DNA of 64,000 bases from Trueperaceae bacterium (GCA_965213705.1 OZ243913.1:1312001-1376000), one strand, 5' to 3'; positions 19,019-29,260 are shown, numbered from the stretch's first letter. Numbers and translations are program-made. Notes: generated by a model not told the origin, from the letters alone.

Positions 19019-19403
19019 TAAGCTACTTATTTGTCGATGGTATGGCAGTTTCTGTCTGGACTTCCCCTCCTGCTTGACGGTAGCTCAGCGGGCCGCAATG
19101 ATTACCTTGATGAGGTCTCCCGTAACCACCACCCAAGGTGACAAACCACCATATTTACGCAGTAGACAATCAGTCAGCGAGATAGACAGGCTTGATAAAC
19201 ACGGCTCGTATTCTCACCTGAAGCAACTGGAGTTGTCTTTAAAGGGGTCAGGTCATTAGTTTTGTCGATCTTTCCCTTATGTAACTGTACGGCCCGTTCG
19301 CTGCATGAGGGGCAACACCAAATCTTGTGTGGTCTCTTGTCCACTGAGTTCCTATACGTCAAGCCGAGTAGTGCCAAGTGTCCCAACAATGTTGTTACCA
19401 AAC

Positions 19404-20366
19404 CTAGCCTTCTCTCAGCGTCCACTCGAGCAGCTCCCCCAAATCCGCCGTCGCCAGCCCGACGACCCGGTCGGCCGCGCCGTAGTACAGGTACACGGTG
19501 CCGTCCACGACCGGGTTGCCCGTGCCGAAAACGACGAAGGGCACGTCGCCCTTTAGTTCCCAGGTTTCTTTGGGGGCCAGCACGGGCGTTTTGGGGCGCT
19601 TGAGCACGATGCTCGGGTCGTCGCAGTCTAACAGCGCGACGCCCATGCAGTAAATGTGGTGGTCATTGTAGCCGTGGTAAATCACCAGCCAACCCGCCTC
19701 GGTTTCAATCGGCGGGCCGCCCGCCCCAATGCGTTTGCCGTCCCACAAACCCGGCCGCGGGCGCAGGATTTCGGCGTGGTCGCCCCAGGTTTGGAAGTCA
19801 TCGCTGAACGCCAGCCAGATGCTCGGCGGGCGGCGGTGAAAAGTCGCGTAGCGCCCGCCGAATTTCGCCGGAAACAGCACGTGGTCTTTGTTGTCCTCGT
19901 CCTCGACGACCGGCCCAAGCGTTTCCCAGGTGACGAGGTTGTCGCTGACTGCGTACATCGGCGTGATGCCGAGCGGCGGCGTGCCAGTTGGGGCGTGAAA
20001 ACCTTTGCGGCTGTAGGCGGTGTAGGCCATGTAAAAGCGGCCGTTAAGAAAGGTGATACGTGGGTCTTCGACCCCTCGAGCGTCCAGTTCGGAAGAGGGA
20101 CTCAAAACCGGATGTTGCAGCCGGTTGAAGTTCACCCCATCCCTGGACACGGCGTAGCCGATGTGTGAAACGTAGTCGAGTCCCTGCGCCCGGTAGTGCA
20201 TGTGAAACAAACCGTTGTGGTGAATCACCGACGGGTTGAACGTGTTGAGCGCTTCCCAGGCGTTGGTGGGGATGGGCTTGAGCACCGGGTTGGCCGGGTG
20301 GCGCTGAAAGTGCTCGCTCTCGGCAAGGTGGTAAAAGGCGGCGGGGACGGTTTGAACTAGGGGCAT
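19404..20366 (-). CDS. GH130-family glycosidase/beta-mannoside phosphorylase
   Basis: TFNPSV, MHYRA, GVEDPRIT, NKDHVLFP, IGAGGPPIET, WLVIYHG, YYGAAD. Confidence 0.9.
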   Translation of the reverse strand: MPLVQTVPAAFYHLAESEHFQRHPANPVLKPIPTNAWEALNTFNPSVIHHNGLFHMHYRAQGLDYVSHIGYAVSRDGVNFNRLQHPVLSPSSELDARGVEDPRITFLNGRFYMAYTAYSRKGFHAPTGTPPLGITPMYAVSDNLVTWETLGPVVEDEDNKDHVLFPAKFGGRYATFHRRPPSIWLAFSDDFQTWGDHAEILRPRPGLWDGKRIGAGGPPIETEAGWLVIYHGYNDHHIYCMGVALLDCDDPSIVLKRPKTPVLAPKETWELKGDVPFVVFGTGNPVVDGTVYLYYGAADRVVGLATADLGELLEWTLREG

Positions 20367-20420
20367 AGCGGGCTCCGTGTGAAAGAAGTGTGGGGCCAGA
20401 CTTGGCCGGCCCCGGCAAGT

Positions 20421-22919
20421 TTACGGTGCGGCGCGTTCCAGGGTCAACGAAAAAACATGCATCGTTTCGCGGTCGGGCAAACTGACGCCCAGGAGTTTTC
20501 GTCCGCCGTCAAGCGCCACGGTCTGCGCGAAGATGCGGCAGTTGAGACTTTCGACCGCGCCCGAGGCACCCCGGCGTTGGGCGTAGTCGAGCGCGACCGC
20601 CTCCCCGTAGCGGGGCTGTTGGCACCAGTCGGACAGGGAAAGGGTGACTTCCTCGTCGCCGTCGGCGTACTGAAGCGTCAGCGGCGCTTCGTAGTTGCCT
20701 TGTTCCGATGCGCCGAGCAGGTGCAGGGTTGTGTAGTTCCCAGGTGGGACGCTCAAGCGCTGGCCGGTCGCGGCGACGTTGTTGGCGTCGGCCTCGGTGG
20801 GCGGGAAGAGGTAAGGAACCTCCTCGAAAACGAATTGTTCGCCCCCGGTGGGCGAGCGGTCGGCGGGATAGGTCGCGCCGAGTTCACCCGAGTGGTTGTC
20901 GAAGTTGCCCGCGGGATTCGAGGTGTCGGAAAAAGCGTCGTTGTTGAAGGCGGCGGAAAGCTCGAGCGCCACGAAATTCCCTTCTTCGAAAGCCGCGGGC
21001 GTGTCGAGTTCCGGCCCCGTCCGCGCCCCGGCCCCGGCGAGGTCGGGCAGGGCCGCGTCGGTCGTCCAGTGGACGAGCGCGAAGCCGAAAGGTGGCAGCG
21101 TGAGGGTGGCGTCGCCGCCGAGCGGTTCTTCGCTGACCAGATTAGCGAAGCGGTCGAAAACGCGCACCGTAGCCGCTTCGGTCAAGCCCTCACCTTCAGC
21201 GACGGCCAAGGCGTCTTCTTCGGCCCAGCTTTTCAAGAGCAGCAACCGTTCGCCCTCCTTGCCGTAGAGCTTTTCCATCACCACGGGGCGAAAAACGAGG
21301 GCGTCAGCCCGGACGGGCGTGCCCGCCGGGTTGTTCACGGTGACGCGGTGCTCGCCCGCTGCCAGGGTCAGCACGCCGACGTCCGTCATCCGGTACTGCG
21401 CCTCGTCCACGCCCGGCAGCTCGAGCGTAAAGCTTTCGTCGTCGACGAAGACTTCCAACAAATTCGGCCGGTTCTCGGCGCGGGCCAGCGCGTAAACCCG
21501 GTAGGGGCCGCTTTTGGGCAGCGTCACGCTCGCTCCCACGCTTGCGCCCTCGACGAGCACCGCCGTGAGTTGCCCGCTCGCGGCGGCGTTCACCTCGGTC
21601 GGCGGCGGCTGGCCGAAGTCGGTGCCGGTCTCGACCTCGACGGTCACGTCGTCGTTTTTCTCGAGCCAAACGTAAGGCAGCATCTCCGCCGCCGCGGGCC
21701 GCGCCTCGGCTTGCAGGAGCGCCAGCAGCGCGGTGATGGTCGATTCCGCGCCCGAGTTGCGGTTGATAATTCCGCGCTCGAGGCCGTCGAAGGTGCGGCC
21801 CGTTTCGGGTTCGTACATGGGCTGGCGCAGCTCGTTGTTGCCGAGGAGCCAGCCCGTCATCAGTCCGCCGAGTTCGTTGTAGACCTCTTTGCCCGTCGCG
21901 TCGGCCAGCGCGAAGTAGCCCGAGGCGATAGACTCCATCCCAAAGGCGATTTGCGCGAAGGTGTCGACCGCCGGGCTCATCCGCTCCACCGGACCCTGAC
22001 TTGCTAAAAGGTGAACGAAAAAGTGCCCCGCTTCGGCCTCGGCGCTGTTCAGCCAGGCCTCGTTAGGCTCTACTTCGTAAGTCTCGGCGAGGGCCTGGGT
22101 TTGACGCGAGCCCCAGGCGTGCCACTCGAGCGGGTTGAGCGCGAACGACGGGTGGGCGAGGAAGGGGTAACTTTCGGGCGGTCCGTACTGAAAGGCGGCG
22201 AGGCCGTCGGCGAGCATGGTCAAAAGCCCGCGCACCGTTTCGTTTTCCTCTATCTCGAGGTAAGTCGCCAGTGCCACGGCTAGAATCGAAGCGACATCCG
22301 CGCCGTCGTCGGGCAGCCACTGCGGTACCTCAAAACCGCGGATGGTCTCGAACTCGCCGAATCGGGGTTCGACCTTGGTGACGAACGGGGGCACGCCGCG
22401 CAAGAAGGCTTCTTGCAACTGCGCAGCGTACTCGGGGTCGGGGTCTTTGAAAACCCGGTAGCCCTCGGCCAAAGCCCACAGCCCCCGCGCCGCCCAAAAG
22501 CCCGCGCCCTTGCGACTCGTGCGGCCCAGGCGGTTGATGCTGCCGTCGGCAAAGACGAAGTTGTAAAACTCGCCGTCTTCGGCTTGAAGGGCCAGCGTGA
22601 AGTCGAGCAGCCCTCGAGCCTCGTCCAGCGTTTCGACGACGCCGTCTTCATAAGCCCACAAGTAGGCAATCGCCGCCCTCGCCACGTCGTCTAAGTCGGT
22701 CACGCCCTCGCCCGGAGCCTCGCGGCCGACGTACGCGCCCGGCTCGGTCGGGCTCGGCTCGGCGTAAATCCACACGCCGAGCAGGTCCTGACCCTCGACG
22801 TTGAAGGGTTGGGTGAGAAAGTCCAGGTGGTCGAAGTTGGTGACCTGCGCGTGACCAAAGGAGGCAAACAGGGCGAGAGAAAAGAGGACGCAGAGCGTCC
22901 TCAGTGGTTTCCCAATCAT
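20421..22919 (-). CDS. Secreted multidomain protein: putative (alpha/alpha)6 glycosidase-like domain plus beta-sandwich domains
   Basis: Signal peptide; DDVARA, FYNF, RGLWAL, GWLLGNN, DGLE..INRNSGAEST; beta-rich C-terminal half. Confidence 0.8.
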   Translation of the reverse strand: MIGKPLRTLCVLFSLALFASFGHAQVTNFDHLDFLTQPFNVEGQDLLGVWIYAEPSPTEPGAYVGREAPGEGVTDLDDVARAAIAYLWAYEDGVVETLDEARGLLDFTLALQAEDGEFYNFVFADGSINRLGRTSRKGAGFWAARGLWALAEGYRVFKDPDPEYAAQLQEAFLRGVPPFVTKVEPRFGEFETIRGFEVPQWLPDDGADVASILAVALATYLEIEENETVRGLLTMLADGLAAFQYGPPESYPFLAHPSFALNPLEWHAWGSRQTQALAETYEVEPNEAWLNSAEAEAGHFFVHLLASQGPVERMSPAVDTFAQIAFGMESIASGYFALADATGKEVYNELGGLMTGWLLGNNELRQPMYEPETGRTFDGLERGIINRNSGAESTITALLALLQAEARPAAAEMLPYVWLEKNDDVTVEVETGTDFGQPPPTEVNAAASGQLTAVLVEGASVGASVTLPKSGPYRVYALARAENRPNLLEVFVDDESFTLELPGVDEAQYRMTDVGVLTLAAGEHRVTVNNPAGTPVRADALVFRPVVMEKLYGKEGERLLLLKSWAEEDALAVAEGEGLTEAATVRVFDRFANLVSEEPLGGDATLTLPPFGFALVHWTTDAALPDLAGAGARTGPELDTPAAFEEGNFVALELSAAFNNDAFSDTSNPAGNFDNHSGELGATYPADRSPTGGEQFVFEEVPYLFPPTEADANNVAATGQRLSVPPGNYTTLHLLGASEQGNYEAPLTLQYADGDEEVTLSLSDWCQQPRYGEAVALDYAQRRGASGAVESLNCRIFAQTVALDGGRKLLGVSLPDRETMHVFSLTLERAAP

Positions 22920-22928
22920 CTGAAAAGC

Positions 22929-24257
22929 CTATTCATTTTGCAGCGCGACCGAGGCGAGTTCGGCTTGCCGGTCGGCGGCCCACTGAATCGCCGCGTCTTC
23001 CGAGTCGGCCTGGTAAACGCTGTAGACGTGGCGAAAGTTCACGGTGTCGCCGGGCAGGTAGTGGTTGGGGGTGCTCGGCGTGACGTCTTGGGTCGCCTCG
23101 TAGGTGCCGAACTCGTCGGCGGTCCACTTGAACACGCCGGTGCGGAACTCCTGCGACTCGAAGACCCAGGTGTCGCCGGAGAGAAAGTCGTTGTTGTCGG
23201 AGGCGACTTCGGGCGTCTCGGCGGCGATTTCGGCCACGGCGAGGCCGAGCGTGGGCGAGTAGTTCGCCCGCCACGCTTCGGCGGAGGCGAAGATGTAGGG
23301 GGCGCTCCAGTAGAGCGGGCTCAAGCTGTCGTCGGCGCGGAAAGCGAGGTAGGATTCGCCGTCGACCGTGGTCACGGCCTCACGCTCGGCGAAGTAGTCT
23401 TGGGGCGTCTCGCCGAGTTGGTCGGCCCAGACGAGCTTGCGAAAGACCGGCAGCAGGTGCAGCGCTTCGGGGTCGGCCTGGCTCATCACGCGCGTCGCCA
23501 TGCTCTGCAGTTTCATCATGTCGGCGTAGCCGCGGAACGACACTTCGGTCGACACGTCCACGTCGCCGGTCGCGTAGATGCGCGCCACGACGCGCTGGTT
23601 CAGCCCGGCAAAACGGTCGGAGGCGTACTCGCTCACCACCGTGACTCGAGCCGGTCCCGCAGGCAAGATTTCGGTCTGCACGCGGCGCATCCCGCCGTCC
23701 TCGAGCGTCGTGTACTCCTCGTGCGGCCCCAACTCCTCGTTCGCCCAGTAAGTGCTCTCGGGATAGCCCGAAAAGCGCAGGATGCCCAGTTCGTCGGCGA
23801 GAACTTCACTGGTGCCGCCAAAACCGGCAATTCGGGGCAAGCCCGTCGCGGGGACTTCGACCGTAAAGCCATCCATCATGCTGCTCTCGACCACCGCCGG
23901 GTCGTCGCCCGTGACGGTGAGCGCGGCGTCATAAGCGGGCGCGTCCGTCGCCTCGTCGGAGAGCTGAATCTCGGCCGCGCCGCTTGCCAAAAAGGCGAGT
24001 TCGTCGCCCGCCGACAAGCGCCCGTTCAGGTCGGTGTCGTCGATTTGGTAGGCGACTTCTTCGCCGCCGACCAGCACCCGCAAGCTGTCCCAGTTCATCT
24101 GAAACTCGGCCCCGACCGCGTCGCGCAGCTCGAGCAAACTCAGCGACACCGGCACGGGGCGGTCGGTCAAGTTGTCGACCGCCACCGTGACAGTGCGCGT
24201 CTCGGCCAACGCTGTACCCAGAAGTAAAACTGCTGCAAAAACTCCCAATCGTTTCAT
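22929..24257 (-). CDS. Secreted hypothetical protein (beta-rich, acidic)
   Basis: Signal peptide (ALAE), AAGGA RBS; inside the operon. Confidence 0.8.
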   Translation of the reverse strand: MKRLGVFAAVLLLGTALAETRTVTVAVDNLTDRPVPVSLSLLELRDAVGAEFQMNWDSLRVLVGGEEVAYQIDDTDLNGRLSAGDELAFLASGAAEIQLSDEATDAPAYDAALTVTGDDPAVVESSMMDGFTVEVPATGLPRIAGFGGTSEVLADELGILRFSGYPESTYWANEELGPHEEYTTLEDGGMRRVQTEILPAGPARVTVVSEYASDRFAGLNQRVVARIYATGDVDVSTEVSFRGYADMMKLQSMATRVMSQADPEALHLLPVFRKLVWADQLGETPQDYFAEREAVTTVDGESYLAFRADDSLSPLYWSAPYIFASAEAWRANYSPTLGLAVAEIAAETPEVASDNNDFLSGDTWVFESQEFRTGVFKWTADEFGTYEATQDVTPSTPNHYLPGDTVNFRHVYSVYQADSEDAAIQWAADRQAELASVALQNE

Positions 24258-24307
24258 GAACTTCCTTTCGTAGCTGATTTGCTGCCTACTTCCTACTGCC
24301 TACTTCT

Positions 24308-25567
24308 TTAGAAAAAGCCGCTGACGATGTCTCGAGCGTTTTGCGCCGCCCGCTCCAAAGCCTCTTCGGGACTGCGCACGCCCTGGACGGCCGCCGCTTC
24401 GTACTCGCGTGAAATCGCGTCGAAAATCTCGATGAGGTAGGGCGTGTCGTCGACGCCGCGGGTGCGCAGGTTTTGCTCGATGAACTTGTCCAGCACGGGC
24501 CGCGCGCCGACCATTTCGCCGAACAGCGGATTGTCCGCCATGTCCTGCCGGTAAGGAATCTGCCCGGTGATGTTCATGAATAGGGCGTCGTTTTCGGGTG
24601 AGAGGATGAACTTGACAAACTCCCAGTCCTCTTCCGGGTGCTCGCTCGTGCTGAAAATGGCGATGTTTTTAGGGTCGCCGTAGGTGAACACGGGTTGGCC
24701 CGCGAGCCTGTCCGGCACCGGCGGCGGCACGAGGTCGAACTGAAATCCTTCCGGCGCGTTATTCTCGTAAAAAGGCAGCGTGAACGGCCCGGCCGGCTCG
24801 ACTAAAACGGTGCCGTCGAAAAAGCGGTTCTGCGCCGACTGGCCTTTGGGGGCTAGGTCTTCCTCGAACAAGGTTGCTAAAAACGTAAACACCTCCGTAC
24901 CGGCCTCGTTGTCGAACGCCACCTCGCCCTCGTCGTCGAGGAGCGTGCCGCCCTGGGACGCGGCGATGTAAAGGGTGTAAAAGTCGAAAAAGCGCTGCCA
25001 CCAGGTCACGTCGACGTTCGGCGCGTAGAGGTACTTTTCACCACCCCACTGCTCGTTCACCTTGCGCGCCGCGTCCAAAAAGCCCGAGTAGGTCGCTAGG
25101 TTCTCCGGCGCCACGCCCGCCTCGGCCAGCAAGTCGACGTTGTAGGCGAACATCACCGGGTTGGCCTTCCAGGGCACCTGGTAGACGTGACCGCTCGGGT
25201 GGGTGTAGAGGTCTAAGACCGCTTCGCCGGAGCGCTGAGTCATAAACTCTTCAAAGCCCGGCAGCGTCTCGTGCTCGTAAAGCCCGCCCGCGTCGACGTA
25301 TTGGCTGATGGCCCCCGGATAGATGTTGGCGGCCACGTCGGGCGTGGTGCGGGCGGCGATGGCGGCGAGCAAAACTTCTTCGGTCGAGCGGCTCGCCGGG
25401 ATGGGTTGCATCTTGACCTGCACGTCAGGGTTGGCCGCGTTCCAGGTCTCGACGATTTGCGTGGCGAACTGAATTTCTTCGGGGTTCGACGAGGGCCAGA
25501 AGGTGATTTCGGTCTGGGCGAGGGCGAAGCCGGTGAGTAAGACTAGGATGAGTTTGAGTGTTTTGAT
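24308..25567 (-). CDS. Sugar ABC substrate-binding protein with apparent ATC start codon
   Basis: AAGGAGG-ttcacc-ATC AAA ACA CTC...; 48 in-frame codons upstream of the ORF-track start, including a signal peptide (FALAQ). Confidence 0.85.
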   Translation of the reverse strand: MKTLKLILVLLTGFALAQTEITFWPSSNPEEIQFATQIVETWNAANPDVQVKMQPIPASRSTEEVLLAAIAARTTPDVAANIYPGAISQYVDAGGLYEHETLPGFEEFMTQRSGEAVLDLYTHPSGHVYQVPWKANPVMFAYNVDLLAEAGVAPENLATYSGFLDAARKVNEQWGGEKYLYAPNVDVTWWQRFFDFYTLYIAASQGGTLLDDEGEVAFDNEAGTEVFTFLATLFEEDLAPKGQSAQNRFFDGTVLVEPAGPFTLPFYENNAPEGFQFDLVPPPVPDRLAGQPVFTYGDPKNIAIFSTSEHPEEDWEFVKFILSPENDALFMNITGQIPYRQDMADNPLFGEMVGARPVLDKFIEQNLRTRGVDDTPYLIEIFDAISREYEAAAVQGVRSPEEALERAAQNARDIVSGFF

Positions 25568-25638
25568 GGTGAACCTCCTTTGTCAGTAGTCGGTAATCGG
25601 TAGTCAGAATTCAGTGGGTTTCGACTCGTGTCACCCCC

Positions 25639-26517
25639 TCATCCTTTGACGCCCGACGAAGTGATGCCCTCGAGATAGTAGCGCTGGAACACGAGGTAGA
25701 CAATTATCATCGGCAAGACGGCGAGCAGCGTAGCGGCCATGACCGAGCCCACCTGTCCCCCGGCCTGCCCGCCGATGCCGTAAAGCGTCACCATCTGCGT
25801 GAGGGTCTGGTACTGCAGGTCCCGGTTCACAATCGTCGGCCACAAAAAGTCGTTCCAGCCGCCCATAAACGTAAAAATCCCGACCGTGATAATCACCGCC
25901 GTCGAGAGCGGCCAGATGATTCGGAACAGAATCGTCAAGTCCGACGCGCCGTCTACCCTGGCCGCGTCGAGCAGGTCTTGCGGAATCGTCTTGAAGTGCT
26001 GGCGGAACATGAAAATCCCGAAGGCGCTTATCATGCCGGGCACGATTAAAGCTTGGTAAGAATCCGTCCAGCCGAAGCGCACGATGAGCAAGTAAAGCGG
26101 GATGAGGAGCAGTTGCCCCGGAATCATCATGGTCAACAGGATGATGTTGAAGATGAAGTCGCGGCCGAAAAACTGCAGCCTCGAGAGCGCGTAGCCCACG
26201 ATCGACGAAAACACCAGCACCGACGCGGTTTGCAAGCCGTAGACGAAGGCCGAGTTGAACAGCGCCTGCCCGATGGGGATTTGCGTGAACACCGCCTGGT
26301 AGTGCTCCAAGGTCGGGTTTTGGGGGATGAGGTTCGTGTTGAAAAGCTCCTGCGGCCCCTTGATGGAGGTCGAAACCATGTAGAAAAAGGGCAGCAGAAA
26401 ACTCAGCGCGCCCAAAATCAACAAGCCGTAAAAGAGGGCTTGCCGAGCCAGCAGCGGCCAGGCCTCGAGCCGCCGTTCCAGCCGCACCCGGCTCGAAAGC
26501 CTTTTGTTGGCAGCCAC
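25639..26517 (-). CDS. Carbohydrate ABC permease (MalG-like)
   Basis: DLLDAARVDGA, WNDFLWP. Confidence 0.93.
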   Translation of the reverse strand: MAANKRLSSRVRLERRLEAWPLLARQALFYGLLILGALSFLLPFFYMVSTSIKGPQELFNTNLIPQNPTLEHYQAVFTQIPIGQALFNSAFVYGLQTASVLVFSSIVGYALSRLQFFGRDFIFNIILLTMMIPGQLLLIPLYLLIVRFGWTDSYQALIVPGMISAFGIFMFRQHFKTIPQDLLDAARVDGASDLTILFRIIWPLSTAVIITVGIFTFMGGWNDFLWPTIVNRDLQYQTLTQMVTLYGIGGQAGGQVGSVMAATLLAVLPMIIVYLVFQRYYLEGITSSGVKG

Positions 26518-26518
26518 C

Positions 26519-27439
26519 CTAGTACCCCACTTCCCGCTCGACCAGTCGGCGCTGCAGCAGCGTCACCGCGAAGATGATGAGCGCCAGCGCCACCCCGAGC
26601 GTGGCGGCGTAGCCCATCCGCAAAAATTGAAACGCCTGCCGGTACAGGTACAGCACGATGCTCAAAGTCGAGTCCACCGGCCCGCCGCCGGTCATCACGA
26701 AGGGTTCGACGAACAGCGAAAAACCGCCGATGGTCGAGAGCACCACGACCAGCACCATCGCCGGGTTTAAAAGTGGCAAGGTAATGTACCAAAAACGCTG
26801 CCAGGCGTTCGCCCCGTTCAGGTAGGACTCTTCGTAAAGTTGGCTCGGAATCGCCTGCAGCGCCGCTAGAAAAATCATCAGGTAGTAGCCGACGTTTTTC
26901 CAGGTCGCCATGATCGCAATCGAGGGCATGGCGAGGCGCGGGCTCGAGAGCCAACCCAGCGCGGGCAATCCCACCGAATTCAGGGCGTTGTTCAGCAGCC
27001 CGTCGTCGGCGTAAAGCCGCAGCCAGATGAGGCTGATAATCGCCCCCGAAGTCACGAAGGGAAGAAAAAAAGCCACCCTGAAAAACGCGCGCCCGCGAAT
27101 CTTCTGGTTCAGCACGACCGCCAACAGCAGCGCCACCGCGATTTGTAAGGGGATGTGGACGACCAGAAAGACGAACGTGTTTTGGAGCGCCTTGTAAAAG
27201 AGTTCGTCGCTGAGCAGGCGCTCGTAGTTCCGGAAGCCTACAAACGGTTTCTCGGGCCGGACGATGTTCCAACTGTGAACGGTGAGGTAAAACGCGAACC
27301 CCACCGGGTAGGCCACGAACACCGTAAAGAAGATGAGGTAGGGCAGCGTGAACAGGTAGCCTACCGGGTTCGAGCGGCGCAGGCTGGTCCCGAGGCCGCG
27401 CCACCTGGACACTCGGCGGCTGGGTTCAGCGGCTTGCAC
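26519..27439 (-). CDS. Carbohydrate ABC permease (MalF-like)
   Basis: QLYEESYLNGA (EAA variant), MTGGGP, MGYAA. Confidence 0.93.
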   Translation of the reverse strand: MQAAEPSRRVSRWRGLGTSLRRSNPVGYLFTLPYLIFFTVFVAYPVGFAFYLTVHSWNIVRPEKPFVGFRNYERLLSDELFYKALQNTFVFLVVHIPLQIAVALLLAVVLNQKIRGRAFFRVAFFLPFVTSGAIISLIWLRLYADDGLLNNALNSVGLPALGWLSSPRLAMPSIAIMATWKNVGYYLMIFLAALQAIPSQLYEESYLNGANAWQRFWYITLPLLNPAMVLVVVLSTIGGFSLFVEPFVMTGGGPVDSTLSIVLYLYRQAFQFLRMGYAATLGVALALIIFAVTLLQRRLVEREVGY

Positions 27440-27687
27440 GGTTCACCCACACGGCGTTTGCCCAGACAGAGCTTGCCCTAACAGCGTTCACCCGAACGGC
27501 TCGAGCCCCCAACACGAGACGACACTGTCGCTTGGCTACGTCCATCGCCCCCTCCCCAGACCCTAAGTGTTTCCGGTAGGCTAGCACCCCCTTTGGGGAC
27601 TGTCAACAGGGACTAGCCGACGAGACTCAGCGACGAGCGTGCAAACCTCGCTTGCGTCTTTTTTAGAAAACACGCCACCCCGGATGA

Positions 27688-28326
27688 TTACCTGTCCGTC
27701 AACAAGGGCAGCGGGTCGATGGCGTTCCAATCGCACGTTTTGGGCTCGCCGGTGTAGATGCCTAAGTGCAGGTGCGGCGGTGTGCCCGCCGCGTTGCCGG
27801 TGGTGCCGACGTAACCCAGCAGCGTGTCGGGGGTAACGGCTTGCCCCTCGCGCAGGTCCTCGTTGTAGCCGGACAGGTGCGCGTAGTAATAGCGCCAGCC
27901 GCCCCCGCCGACGACGACCACCGTGTTGCCGCCCCGCAAGCTCTCGCCGATGCGGTACACGTAGCCCGCTGTGCCCGAGTAAATAGGCGTGCCTACAGGG
28001 GCGAAGATGTCTTGGCCTTCATGGCGGCGTCCTTCGCTCCGCGGGCCGCCCCAGGTGTCGGCGACCTGGGCGACTCGCACGCCCACAATCGGCATGAGGA
28101 CAAAAGCGTCGGGCTCGGTGGGAACGGCGGCAAAGTAAGCCGGCAACACCTTGCGGTAGCGCGCTCGGGTCTCGAGCTGCAACCGCTCGGCTTTTTCTTG
28201 CGGCGGCGGCCCGTCCCGCGGCGGGCACGTGAAGGGTATGGCGTCGACCCCGACGGGCAGGGTTTGGGCGTCGGCCACGTTCACGGCGAACAGACACATC
28301 CAAACAAGATATTTTACAAAGCGCAT
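27688..28326 (-). CDS. M23-family metallopeptidase, secreted
   Basis: HEGQD (HxxxD), YYAHL, PPHLH (HxH); signal peptide. Confidence 0.92.
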   Translation of the reverse strand: MRFVKYLVWMCLFAVNVADAQTLPVGVDAIPFTCPPRDGPPPQEKAERLQLETRARYRKVLPAYFAAVPTEPDAFVLMPIVGVRVAQVADTWGGPRSEGRRHEGQDIFAPVGTPIYSGTAGYVYRIGESLRGGNTVVVVGGGGWRYYYAHLSGYNEDLREGQAVTPDTLLGYVGTTGNAAGTPPHLHLGIYTGEPKTCDWNAIDPLPLLTDR

Positions 28327-28599
28327 ACCTTCAGGTTACCTGGGGTGTAGTCTTGCTCGGGTCGTATAGGCGCAACTCGACAGGACAAGCCCGTTCATGA
28401 AGGCGAACCTAAGAGATATAGTGACGGGAACTTCAGTGTCCTTTGCGAGCCCTGACTTTACAATAGGCCTGACTTGCTCGTCGGCCAAACTGGGCTCGTC
28501 CGTGCCGACGCGTTGCTGCGACGGCGGTCGCAACACAAAAACCGAACGGTGAAAGAAGCGTGACCGGTGTTTTGGAAATTTGCAGCTCGAGGGGTGGAC

Positions 28600-29259
28600 A
28601 TGGTTGAGGGGTCGAAGTTGACAAGGTTGGCTCGTTCGGCGGTTGCGGCGTGCCTGACGCTGTACTTCGCGCTCGTTGCGGCGGCGCTGGCCCAGGACAA
28701 CCTTTACGGCCCGTCGGCCCCCCCGGACGCGGCCTACATTCGCGTCGTCAACGCGGCGAGCGGCGTGAGTCCTTTTGAAGCCGTGTTGGGCGACCTGGTT
28801 TTTCCGCCCGTCGCCTTTGCCGAAGTCACGCCGTACTTTGTACTCGAGCCCGCCACCCTGAGCTTGAGCGCAGGCGACGCCGAAATGGTCGTCGAGGTCG
28901 AAGCCGGTGGTTTTTACACGGCGGCGCTGTTGCCGGGCGGCCTTGTGGTGTTCGACGACGAACCGCTCGTCGACGCGTCTCGAGCGCTGCTCACCTTTTA
29001 CAACCTCTCCGGTCGCGGGCCGCTCGACCTCGCGACGGCGGACGGCGGGACGGACGTGCTCGTCGGCGTCGGCGCGGGTGAGAGCGAAAGTATCGTCGTG
29101 GGCGGTGCCGAGGTGGCGCTGGGCGTGTTCGAGGCGGGCGAACTCGTGGCTGCCCTCGAGTCGCAACAGCTCGAGCGCGGCGCGGCCCACTCGGTGTTCG
29201 CGTTCGACGGCCCGGAGGGCTTGGTCGTCGGCTACGACCGTGCCGAGTTGCAGGAGTAG
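28600..29259 (+). CDS. algF: AlgF-like periplasmic O-acetylation accessory protein
   Basis: LYGPSAPPDAAYIRVVNA, FYT, LTFYNLS; precedes the MBOAT gene. Confidence 0.75.
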   Translation: MVEGSKLTRLARSAVAACLTLYFALVAAALAQDNLYGPSAPPDAAYIRVVNAASGVSPFEAVLGDLVFPPVAFAEVTPYFVLEPATLSLSAGDAEMVVEVEAGGFYTAALLPGGLVVFDDEPLVDASRALLTFYNLSGRGPLDLATADGGTDVLVGVGAGESESIVVGGAEVALGVFEAGELVAALESQQLERGAAHSVFAFDGPEGLVVGYDRAELQE

Positions 29260-29260
29260 C

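Noticed and set aside
19290..19370. Possible degenerate IS end (TGTCCACTGAGTTCCTATACGTCAAGCC)
   Set aside because: Looks IS-terminus-like, but I found no partner inverted repeat or transposase fragment.
9100..19400. Intact prophage or ICE
   Set aside because: No integrase, relaxase, T4SS, Zot/pI ATPase, capsid genes or att direct repeats were recognisable.
20379..24227. Long plus-strand ORFs (542 aa, 472 aa) and similar antisense ORFs elsewhere
   Set aside because: Antisense shadows of well-supported genes in GC-rich DNA, with no motifs.
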